64,000 nt of DNA, from contig NC_086097.1 of the NCBI RefSeq assembly GCF_963921235.1, forward strand, positions 157,420,001-157,484,000, given 5' to 3'. The stretch's first letter is position 1. Every line of letters starts with the position of its first letter. The position numbers were made by a program, and so were the translations under genes. Positions 40,266 through 50,453 of this stretch are shown here, piece by piece. This DNA comes from Mobula hypostoma (taxonomy: Eukaryota). The notes below the pieces were generated by a model. It was not told the DNA's origin and did no database searches. It saw only the letters and a program-made list of their open reading frames with translations.

Positions 40266-40364
40266 ATGGCATTACTGGTGACTGTAGCCGATACTTCAGC
40301 TGAAGATATAACTCCACACTTGGAACATTTGAGCGCCATACCGTAAAGGGGAACTGTCATCTGA
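40266..40364 (-). CDS. ADGRB1: ADGRB1 ICL3 insert exon (G)QMTVPLYGMALKCSKCGVISSAEVSATVTSNA(M), 99 nt, probable cassette exon
   Basis: Acceptor ttaattccag|T CAG ATG, donor GCC AT|gttagt; phase 2 to phase 2 and open. Homologous to the BAI3 ICL3 insert [33 protein letters not shown], and lies between the RAG and ASLW exons. Confidence 0.88.
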
Positions 40365-41399
40365 CTGGAATTAAAATTAAAAGACTGAAACAAAAATTGA
40401 ACTTTAACACAAAAATCAGAGACAAATAATACGCATCCAGAAAATAAAACTTCATAAGATTCTTCATTTTGTCAGTAACTTAAAACATATTTACACATAC
40501 AGACAAGTCCAAAAATCTACTTAAAATGACAAGCAACATTCCATATTTCCTTGATGGGAAGCAAAGCTTCATTGGAAGGCAATGAAGTTCCAAAGTTAAA
40601 CCATTCAAAAACTTAAATTTTAGATATTTCAGATATAATTGAAATATTTTCCCTCAAAATTTTTACTTGGCATTTTTGTCATAAATATATTCCCATGTAA
40701 TTATACGAATGTTCCTTTGAAATTTGACTTTAAAAAATTTTGTAAGACAACATCCTTTTTATCCGTCATGCCTTAATTCCAATTATACTTATAAATCATG
40801 TTATTTTCCCTCAGTAAGATGTGATGTACACTAATGTGCATATATTTAGGTTTTAAATTATGAGTGACATTTAATACTACATTGTTACAATGGAAGGTTT
40901 CAAACTTCTTACAAATTATAAAAAAAACTATTATGATCTTCCTATTTTTGCTATATTTTGTTGGTCTAAATGATGCTCAATATGTCACTGCATTTTATGT
41001 TCTTATGTTACGAATCATGCAGTTTTCCATGATTTAGGTAAAATTTGATAGGCATCTGGATAAGCATAGACCAACAAAGAAAAAGCAAGATGAACTTGTG
41101 AAAGAGACCTCATAAAGGTACGTCATAACCAATGTAGTATGTGTCAAATCTGCTTATAGTTGCCACTTTATATAGGGCAACAAGGATGCAGAGAGCAAGC
41201 TTCTACAAATATTAAGGTTTTAATAATTAGGGCATTTTTTTAAAAAGTTGATTGAGGAATAAGTATCGGCCAAGACAATGGGATAACTTCCAAATTATGA
41301 TGAAGTGCTATTGAATCTTTTACATTCACTCAAGACAGTTGACAGGATCAAAGTCTGATGTCTCAGTTAAAGGACACACTGTGGATGCATGACACTTAC

Positions 41400-42140
41400 T
41401 TAAAAAGTTTCAAGTGACACAATATTTGGAAGTGGAGTAAACATTGAGGAAGGTAGTAATAGACCAACAGAGCATAAGCAACATGACAATTGAACTTCAA
41501 CAGAAAGAGAGATGTGTCATACTTTAACAGAAAGAATTAGGCAATAGAAAACCTGATAAAAAGCTACTATTTTGAAGATAATTAGCAGAACAGAGAGAGC
41601 TGTGGAGTTGTACACAAATCTCATAAAAATTGCAGATTACCAAAGTAAACTACAAAGAAAATATGGGATCTAAAACGTTATTAATAGAGAAGAAGAGCTC
41701 AAAGATTGATAAGGATTTGTTGAACTTGTACAGAGCACTTATTCAACTCCAGCATGCACTGTGTACAATTCTGGGCACCACTCTTTAGAAAGGTTGTCAA
41801 GGTTTTTGAAAATGTACGAAATAAGATTCCTGAGGGTGAGAAGCTAGTTTATACAAAAATCAGGTTTATTCAATTTACAGCAGAGAAAATTAGGATGGAA
41901 TTTGATAAGAGTTTAAAGTAAGTGTAAGGAAACCATTTCCATGTTGAAAACTGGGTAATCAGGTGACACACCCTTAAATGGATTGGCAAAATAATCAGAA
42001 GCGAAATATGGATGACTGTTTGGAATTGGAATACCATGTCTGAAAACAGAATATTAATATCCAAAAATAAATTAGTTAAATCTTTGAAAGATACAGGAGA
42101 ACGGAGGGAAAGTGGGAGCTGGCGGGGACTCAATGCGTGA
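41400..42140 (+). mobile_element. Very old CR1 3' remnant
   Basis: Degenerate LYRALIQLQ..HCVQFWAP motif at about 41725-41790 and other RT C-terminal traces. Confidence 0.55.
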
Positions 42141-43428
42141 AATTAGTGCACTATACTGTTATATAATTCAGTTTTTAATATATGCATACACAGTTCCCTA
42201 CTGGGCTAATTTCACCATTGTGATCTGGAGATTTGTGGAGCAGGAATTAAAGGAATACATTTGTAATTGAATGGATGACAGGGTCCATAAAGATGTCTCT
42301 TATTTACTCAATTTCCTAAATTAATGAAACTTCCATTTAAAAAAAAAGTTAAAGCGAGTGGGAGATTTAATAAACCAATTGAAGCATGTGTTATAAAAAT
42401 CTACAATCATAGATCTAGAACAGAAAGTCAGTTTAATTTTTAAAAAAAGGAATTCATAACATTTAGTAAAATAAAAACCTTTCCAATTAGAGTTTTCTAA
42501 TTTTCTCCACTCCAGCTGAGAAATACCATGGTTTAGATCTAATGCACAAATTTGTTGCAGAAGCTGAATGGAACTCTTTCACCTATATTGCTGTCTCCAG
42601 TGAGGTTGCCAAATTAGCTCCAGTGAGTGACAGACTCAGAGCTACACAATACCATCCACTGGGGCTGCCCAAACTGATTGTATGCTAACTTTCAGCAGAT
42701 TTCTCAGGCTTTGGGAGAAAAGGAAACTGCATTCACTTGTGCAGTCTATTCTAAAGTTCAGTCTCAATGTTACAGCAATTTCATGAGTTGAGACTGTGAA
42801 AGCTGAAATGATTTGTGAACATGATAAAAGATTTCATTCAGAAGTATGACTTTACCTGAAATGATATTTAGTTATCTTTTTCTCATCAATTAATCTATTA
42901 GAATAATAGCCTGCTGGATAACATACTTCAGCTTAAGATATGATCCTTTATAATTTAGCTTTGAATTCACTTCAGCATTTGGTCAAGCGACAGCAAAAAG
43001 CTGCACATTTCGTCATAAAAAATGGAATAACAGGCTGATACAGAAATCCACCAGGGTGCACAACCTCAGAAGCACAGATTTAAATCACAATTCAGTAAGA
43101 TTTTATTTAAAAAGGGGAATGAAACAAAAAAATACAATGCTGAGTGATGAACAACCTCCGGAGCAAAATTGGAAGCATCACTGACCATGTGAGGAACTTT
43201 CAACATTGTCTGCCCAAGAGTAGGCAGGAAGCTGATGTTAGGGCTGGGGGTCCATCAGAATGCCAGTGTATTCCTGCCATTTTAGATTGGAAATGGAATA
43301 CTATCAAATAAAAATTCAAACAGATGGTTCCATATATCACTGACACTAACACTAAAGAAGTAGCAAAGTGAAGAGCAAAATCAGAAAGAAAATGCTGGTG
43401 TTATTCAGAGGGTCTGGCAGCATCTATT

Positions 43429-43683
43429 GAGAGAGAGAGAGAGAGGAGAGAGGAGAGAGGAGAGAGGAGAGAGGAGAGAGGAGAGAGGAGAGAGGAGAGA
43501 GGAGAGAGGAGAGAGGAGAGAGGAGAGAGGGGAGAGGGGAGAGGGGAGAGGGGAGAGGGGAGAGGGGAGAGGGGAGAGGGGAGAGGGGAGAGGGGAGAGG
43601 GGAGAGGGGAGAGGGGAGAGGGGAGAGGGGAGAGGGGAGAGGGGAGAGGGGAGAGGGGAGAGGGGAGAGGGGAGAGGGGAGAG

Positions 43684-43745
<62 letters not shown>

Positions 43746-43756
43746 AAGAAAGAAAA
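43429..43756 (+). repeat. Compound polypurine microsatellite (GA)n-(GGAGAGA)n-(GGGGAGA)23-(GA)n-(GAAA)n
   Basis: Read directly: 328 bp with only A/G on the + strand; GGGG runs every 7 nt from 43529 to 43686. Confidence 0.97.
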
Positions 43757-43848
43757 TATGTGATTATTTTCTTCCCAGAGATACCAACTGATTTTCTAGG
43801 TATTTCCAATATTTTTTTCCTCTTATTTCAGATTTCCAGCATCTCGAG

Positions 43849-43928
43849 CAGGGTTTCCCAAGCTGGGGTCCACGGACCCCTCGGTTAATGGTGGGAGTGC
43901 ATGGCATAAATAAGGTTGGTAGCCCCTG
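43849..43928. mobile_element. 80-bp hAT (Charlie-like) MITE
   Basis: TIRs CAGGGTTTCCCAAGCT / AGGTTGGTAGCCCCTG; 8-bp flanks ATCTCGAG / ATCTAGAG (7/8). Confidence 0.85.
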
Positions 43929-44922
43929 ATCTAGAGGTGATTTTTCTTCTGTTTCAACAACAAAAGAAAATGGGAGTAACTTGTTTTCCTATCCCCTTGG
44001 ATTAGAGCTTGGTCACCCTATTCACTTTGTCTCAAGTGTTTGGAGACATTCGTGGTTCCAGCCAAGCCCCAGGTTCAGCCAATGCACATCAGTCTGAAGA
44101 TGAATTTCCAGAGCAGTCAGTGTGTTTTATGAACCATATTCACCAAAAAAAATCCTCTGTGCAAATTTCTGTGAATATGCATTCAGAATACCAATTTACA
44201 ACTTTACAGCACTGGCTGCTGGAACAGTGTCAAGAAAGCCTATAATTTTAAGGAAGCAAAAAGTCACAACCGGCTATGAAGACAAAATGTGAAAATACTC
44301 AGTTTTATCAGAAAATCATTTAGATAGTGTTGTACATTTTCAATAATCATTTACTATCTCTGCTTTGGAATCACCTAGTACAAATTTCTCCTCTAAAACA
44401 TTGGTCTATCTTGCTTTACTAAAAGAAAACAAAAAACATATTTTACTAATAAATTGTTACTGTCTCAAAGTTGGGTTTCCATTTCACTCCTGTGAGAAAA
44501 CAGGTTACTAAGCAACAGTGTGCTTATTGTTGTTATGAAGGAAGCCCAAGCCTTTACTGTGAAGACCTTGAATTCAGATAGAAGGTTTGGGGGTTTCAAG
44601 GTCACAACTCTCCTCACAAATAGTCGTCACATTATATAACTAACTTCAGCTTCAACAGTTTAAAGGAATGAACACCAATAGTTTACAATTACTTAACACT
44701 GTTTTGCTATCACTATGGAAATCAAGTACAGAAGGCCAGGAACATGTTGCAGTCTTTCAACAATGGTAAAGTAACTATGCAAACTGAGAATAAGAATCTG
44801 TCTGGAATCTCATCTCTAATTGCCAAATGGAACTGAAATTTGGAGAAGAAATCAGTGCAACGGGACAAGATTCTAGGCAATCACGGCAGATTGCCGTGCT
44901 TCTAATCACAAATAAGAGTACA

Positions 44923-45022
44923 AGTCCTGCCGAAGGGTCTCTGCCTGAAACAGCGACTGTATTCCTCTTCATAGATGCTGCCTGGCCTGCTGAGTTTCTC
45001 CAGCATTTTGTGTGCATTGATT
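44923..45022 (+). mobile_element. Penelope-like terminal-repeat fragment with degenerate hammerhead core
   Basis: agtc-ctgccga-agggtctctgcct-gaaac-agc-gact, followed by agatgctgcctggcctgctgagtttctccagcattttgtgtg. Confidence 0.7.
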
Positions 45023-45759
45023 GCTGTGCTTCTAAATGATTCACCATATTATATGGTAAAAATACTAAATTATTTTTAGTTCCAAAATATATAAAATGCA
45101 AGTCTGAAAAGATATATATTTTTGTATTCCAGTTGTTCAGTCAGCGCACTCAGCTCTGGTTGTCTGCTGTTTGCTGTCCACAACCCAGGACCCATCTTAA
45201 TGTCTTTTCTAACAATATATCTATCCAGGTGTACACATTGAGGAACTAATTACTCCCTAAGGTGATCAGTTTCCCAACCCCTTGTGTAAGGCACTCTCTG
45301 CTATGTGCCTTTTTAATAGAAAACAGTCTATCTTGAGGCAATATCATCACGCAACTTCCAAACCAATCACTGCTTGTAAGTATCAACAAATTCAATGGAA
45401 TTAGTTAGCTGCAATCATTTTTATTTAGGTATTTAAGTATTTTGATGCATTTAATGAAGTGCTTATACTCTCAGAATTATTGCAGGCATATTGATGTTTG
45501 CTGGGGAATCTTAATAACGTGCATAATTTTTGTTATCCATGGAAGTCCAGGATCCCATACCTCCAGCATCAAGATGACTAAGTGTCATACAAACTAGGGT
45601 CCTAGTTCATGCTGAACTAGCTAATATCTACCAGACTAATGGCTCCTCAAACCTCCTCCACCAGTCAACGAGATTATAGTTAATCTTAAACCCTTTTGGC
45701 TATTTTAAAACTCCTGAAATTTTGAATTCAGCAAATAGTTACAAGCTTTTGAACATAGT

Positions 45760-46352
45760 TAGTAGGCAGCCGTTGATCCCAAGAGATCATGGGTTTGCTC
45801 CTCTGGTGGACTGTGTCCTCTCCAGGGTGCAAGCCTGGGCAGGAAGATTTGAAGGACTGTTGCCCATGCAGTGGGTTCTCCCTCTCCAGGTCACTGATGT
45901 AGTCCAAGGGAAGGGCAAGCGCCGATACAGCTCGGCATCAGTGTCGCCACAGAGGTTGCTAGAGTGAAGCTGTAAACAACATCAAACTGCCTTAGGGACC
46001 CTAGCCTGGATTTCTTTCTCGGGGTTTACTCCCGAAGCCTTTCCCATGGGTGGGTATGGCCGCAAGGCAGCGGAGGTTTAAAATCAGAATTTTCATTCTC
46101 CTAGGCAGGCTGCCATCCAAGGCTGACGAACCCCACCTGCGCCAAGCAACTGGTTTTGAGGTGTCAGTGGTCCGCCTTTGCCACTTCTCTTGTCAGTAGA
46201 AACAGTTCTGTCGGGCCTAGCAGCAAAGCCACACATGAAGGCCGAGAGTTGGACTTTGGTTATCAGAGGCTGTTAGAGACGCATGCCATTTGGAACACTT
46301 TATAGGTAGTGGGAGCTTATCCACACTACCACCCCGGCTATGACAACCTTAG
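45760..46352 (-). mobile_element. Non-autonomous RTE-type LINE derivative, 593 bp, TSD GAACATAGT
   Basis: 9-bp direct repeats at 45751-45759 and 46353-46361; (CTA)n tail; no RT ORF; related to 26383-26528. Family assigned from my recall of RTE 3' ends (..GGATGCCTA). Confidence 0.65.
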
Positions 46353-46719
46353 GAACATAGTAATGTTGAGATTATTTCTGAAGGTGCAAGTCCAATGGGT
46401 CCACATCAGTCCCAAAAAGCTAACAACTAAATGCAGATCATATCCTAATCACAGATAGTGTACTTCACAGACGTCAAATAAGGACAGTGAAATGTATGCC
46501 TATTATGCTCAACAAGGTCAAGTAACTTTGTAATATACACTGCTGGGCCCAAAACATGATCTAAACATCAGAAGAACATGTCAGTTTGGTCCACGGAGTC
46601 ATTATCAAGGATTAAGCACTCACCTCTACTAATCCTACAACAACCCAGTATTATTCGCTCCATATTCCCAGTAACTCTTCCTGGATTCTACCACTTGCAA
46701 AGAAAATTGGAGCAATTCA

Positions 46720-46880
46720 CAGTGGCCAATTGACCAACAAATTAGTGTGCCTTTGGTGTATGATTGAAAAGTGGAACATCATGAGAAAGCCCACACAGTC
46801 AGAGAGAAAAGTTGCAAACTCAAGACAGAGGTCAGGACTGAACCAGGGTCATCGGAGCTGTTAGGGAGCCACTCTATTTC
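46720..46880 (-). mobile_element. Degenerate V-SINE-like fragment
   Basis: gagaaagcccacacagtcagagagaaaagttgcaaactc..gaggtcaggactgaaccagggtc resembles the reverse complement of the SINE at 50197. Confidence 0.55.
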
Positions 46881-46889
46881 CCATAACGG

Positions 46890-49210
46890 AGAGGTACTGA
46901 ATGATAACCACAGGTTATGTGACCAAATACCAACAGACATTACAAAACAAATAAACTTTTGGCTCTCATGTGGTGCAGTGGGGAGGATCTTTGGTACGTG
47001 GATCACTGGGATCACCTCTTGGGTGGGCGGGAAGAAGAAGGAGAACAATTTCATTGCAGGAAGGCTTGCTCAGACTACTCAGGAAGGTTTAAACTAATTT
47101 GGCAAGCACATTAGCAGTGCAGCCCATGGGGTAAAAAATGTAGAGGGTAATCAAATAAGTTCAATGGGCAGAGAAAACAGAGACAGGTTAGGGAGTCTGG
47201 GAAGATTGGCAGGCTTAGCCACATTTACTTTAATGAAAGGAAAGGCACCAGTGAGCCCAATTCATTTTGAGCATCAATCAGCACTTGGAACTATGATGCT
47301 ATCACAAAGACAAAAACATAGGTCAGGGAAGAGCAGGACTGGCAGCTTAATTTTCCAAGTATAGAAGTTTCAATTGCGACAGATCAGAATGCAAGGGAGG
47401 TAGGGGCATGGCACTGCTAATTTGGGAGAACATGATGGCAGTACTTAGCAAAAATAAGCAATTGCCCAATGAGTTCATTTGGGTAGAGCTTAAAAAGAGA
47501 GAGACAATCACTTTGCTGGGGCTATACTATCGGCCATCCAGTAGTTAGTGGGAATTAAAGGAACTGTAGAAAGCTGCAAGAGCAATCGGGTTGTAGCAGT
47601 AGAGGTTATTAACTTTTTGAGACAGTATGTTTAAAGTTCTATTAGACAGAGGGCAGTACTTGACCTTATCTTAGGAAATAAAACTGGACTGTGGTGAATA
47701 TGTCAATGAGGGCACATTTTGAATTAGTGGCCATAGATCTGTAAGTTAGTTAAGGAAAGGAATTACGAATGAATGGCCCTCAAATTGAGGTCTGAATTGA
47801 GAGAAGGCTGATTTCAATGGCATATGATGAAACTAGATTAGCAGCAGATGCTTGCAGGTAAAATGATACCTGATAAATTGGAGTCCTTTTATAAAAGAAT
47901 TAGTAAGAATTGAGGGCCAGTATGTTTTGTTAGGGTGCATATGGCAAGATTAGGGAATCATGGATAACAAAGGACATTGACAGTTTGAAGGACATTGAAG
48001 GAAAAATAAAGGACACATATAGCAAGTAAAAGCAGATGGGATGACAGTAATGGAATATAGGCAGAACTTAAGAAAGTAACTAAGAGGGCACTGAAGGATC
48101 AGCAAGTAACATAAAGGAGATCCTCAAGACATTATATTAACATATCCGGAGAAAAGCGTAGTCGGGGAAAGAGTGCATCCTCTAAGGAATGAGCAGGGTG
48201 TGGAGCCACGTGATGTGGGCAAGGTCCAAGGGCATGGGATGTTCAGGGAGGAGTACACAGATATTCAGGAGCAGGTCAGTATTAAGAAGGAAAAGCTATC
48301 AGATATACAGGTATTAAAAAATCCCCAGGGTCAGATGAACTGCATTACATGTTTCTATGGAAAGCAAGTGAGGAGGTAGCTGGGGTCCTGATGCAGATTC
48401 TTGCAGGTAGGTGGCAAGAAGACTAAAGGATAGCTTAGATGGCTCTTTTATGTAAGAAAGCCAGCTAACTACAGCCAGGAGGTCTTACATACGTTTGGAA
48501 ATACAGGGCTGATTAATATAACTTTGTGCTGCGGAAAACCTGCTTTACTGACTTATCAGAGCTTTTTTGAGGAGGTAAGTAAGACTGATGAACGCAGGGT
48601 GATAGATATTGTCTATAAGGTCTTTAGTGAACCAGCTGTGAAAGTCCTAATTGATAGGCTGATCCAGAAGATTAAGACACATGGCAAGCTGGCTAATTGT
48701 ATTCAAAATTGGCTTGGTGATAGGAGATAGAGGGTGGCACTGCTTTTCTGATTGGAAGTCCTTATACCACAGGGTTTGGCACTACAGGCCTACTTGTTTG
48801 TGATGTTCATTAATGGCTTGGATAAGAAAGAAGGAGCTGTGATTATTAAGTATGTAGCTAACGTGAAAGTTAGCGGTTTTGCAGATAGCAAGGGAACTTA
48901 TCCAAGATTACAGCAGTATAATTAGCAGATTTCAGAGCAGATGGAAGGTTATGCAGGGCAGAATTTGTTCCCGGTGATGCATTTTCAAACCGTAAATAGA
49001 GCTGTGACATATACAGTAAATATTGGGGTGCAAAGGAATGTTGATGGTCAGAGGGGCCTTATGGTTCAAGTCTAATGTTCCCTGAATGTGACAACACAGA
49101 CAGATAGGACAGTAAAGGCAGCAAATGGCACACTTGCCTTCATTAGTAAGAACATGAAATATGAAAGTTCTGATGTTATGTTGCAATGTTACAGAATAAT
49201 GGTTAGACTA
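46890..49210 (+). mobile_element. Degenerate CR1 LINE (ORF1 end, EN and RT remnants)
   Basis: Remnants LGLYYRPSS, LDLILGN, GKPALLTYQSFFEEVSK..VIDIVYKVFS..RLIQKIKTHG..NWLGDRR; many indels. Confidence 0.75.
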
Positions 49211-49783
49211 TGACGTTATGAGTGAAGCCTTTGGAAAAGAAAGAAAGAAAACAAAGATTTTTTTTCTATTCATTTAATTGCTACTGAGCTATATTTAAAA
49301 TAAACTGTTCAGACTGTCCAATTATGAAGATTGCTATTCACCCTCTTGCTAGAAAAGTCTCAATTGCGAATTTCATCTTTAAATGCATGTATTTATGGAA
49401 TTTTATTTCCAGCCCCTAGCCAAATGTTTCAGGTGCTGACATCTATGCAACCTATGAGCTAAATAACACAACTGTTTGCTGACCAGCAAAAAGGATGTTG
49501 TTTCATTAAAGTATTCTCTGGAACATAGTAGCGGTAAAGAAATCAGAAGCAAATTTCAACACAAGCCAAAAAAAATGGCTTTAGAGTATGCCAATGGTTG
49601 GTGGCTCACTACATTTGGTAATTAATCATAATTTACATTTTAAGGTTACTATTTGCAAGCAACTATATTTGGTTAGTAAACAATGGAGGAATAATAGATC
49701 ACATTGATTATGTCTAATCAAGAAAATATGGTGAGCATCTTTCAAAGGTAACATAATGCTAGATGATGTATTTATAATCATAC

Positions 49784-49869
49784 CCTGCCCGTTCCTTCAG
49801 TTTCTTATCTGTTATTCCATCTTTCGAAACAAGTTTGTTAAATACCAGAATGCCAATAACCATGTTCAC
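49784..49869 (-). CDS. ADGRB1: ADGRB1 coding exon, TM5 end/ICL3 ([29 protein letters not shown]), 86 nt
   Basis: Acceptor tttcaacag|GTG, donor GCA GG|gtatga. [15 protein letters not shown] is the BAI1-type sequence (BAI3 has SRDGILDKKLKHRAG). Not in the ORF track. Confidence 0.96.
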
Positions 49870-50010
49870 CTGTTGAAATAAAAATGGTATAAATATAAAA
49901 TATCTTTTTAAAGGCAATAATCAAAGCTCCAAAATGTAACTTTCTCTTTCGTTATTTTACTACCAAGATAGCAATCAATGGTAAATGAAATGAGACTCAA
50001 AATATGATAC

Positions 50011-50077
50011 CAAAACAACAACAGCCGCAGGTCCAACAAAGGCGTAGAGGAGACCACCTTCCAAGGAAAGCCAGCAG
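50011..50077 (-). CDS. ADGRB1: ADGRB1 (BAI1) coding exon, ECL2/start of TM5 ([22 protein letters not shown]), 67 nt
   Basis: Acceptor ttgtattgcag|C TGC TGG, donor TTG|gtatca; phase 2 in, phase 0 out. Peptide matches the ADGRB family TM5 segment. Confidence 0.96.
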
Positions 50078-50196
50078 CTGCAATACAAGAAAACAATGCA
50101 AGGTACAGAGTTAGGCATAGCACATGGTGTCGAATGAAGAATATAGGCTGCGTTGTGGTGAAACTGCTTAAGCATAAGTGGGGTAACCCAACATTA

Positions 50197-50453
50197 GGGC
50201 AGCACAGTCGCGTAGCAGTTAGCAAATTGCTACGGCAGCACCAGTGACCCAGGTTCAATTCTACTGCTGTCTGTAAGGAGTTTGTATGTTCTCCCTGTGA
50301 TCACTCGGGTTTACTCCGGGTGCTCCAGTGTCCTCCCACATTCCAAAGATGCACAGGTTAGTAAATTAATTGGGCACATGCAGGTAAGGTAGGCGGCGCA
50401 GGCTTGTTGGTCCAGAACAGCCTGAAACTGTGCTGTAGCACTAAACAAATAAA
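50197..50453 (+). mobile_element. tRNA-derived SINE, HE1/V-SINE-like, near full length
   Basis: tRNA-like head with B box GGTTCAATTC near 50252; V-domain-like core gtttgtatgttctccctgtg..tccgggtgctcc..cctcccacattccaaaga; A-rich end. Confidence 0.8.

Noticed and set aside
43405..43888. 134-aa and 153-aa ORFs (SPL/ERG repeats)
   Set aside because: Translation artefacts of the purine microsatellite.
44882..44898. Perfect 7-bp hairpin CACGGCA-GAT-TGCCGTG
   Set aside because: Too short to be distinguished from chance in 64 kb, with no supporting context.
7118..50077. Assignment to ADGRB3 or ADGRB2 because of the ICL3 insert
   Set aside because: Diagnostic residues in five other exons ([56 protein letters not shown]) are BAI1-type.
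50197..50270. tRNA gene
   Set aside because: The tRNA-like head continues into a SINE core and tail, and no complete cloverleaf is evident.
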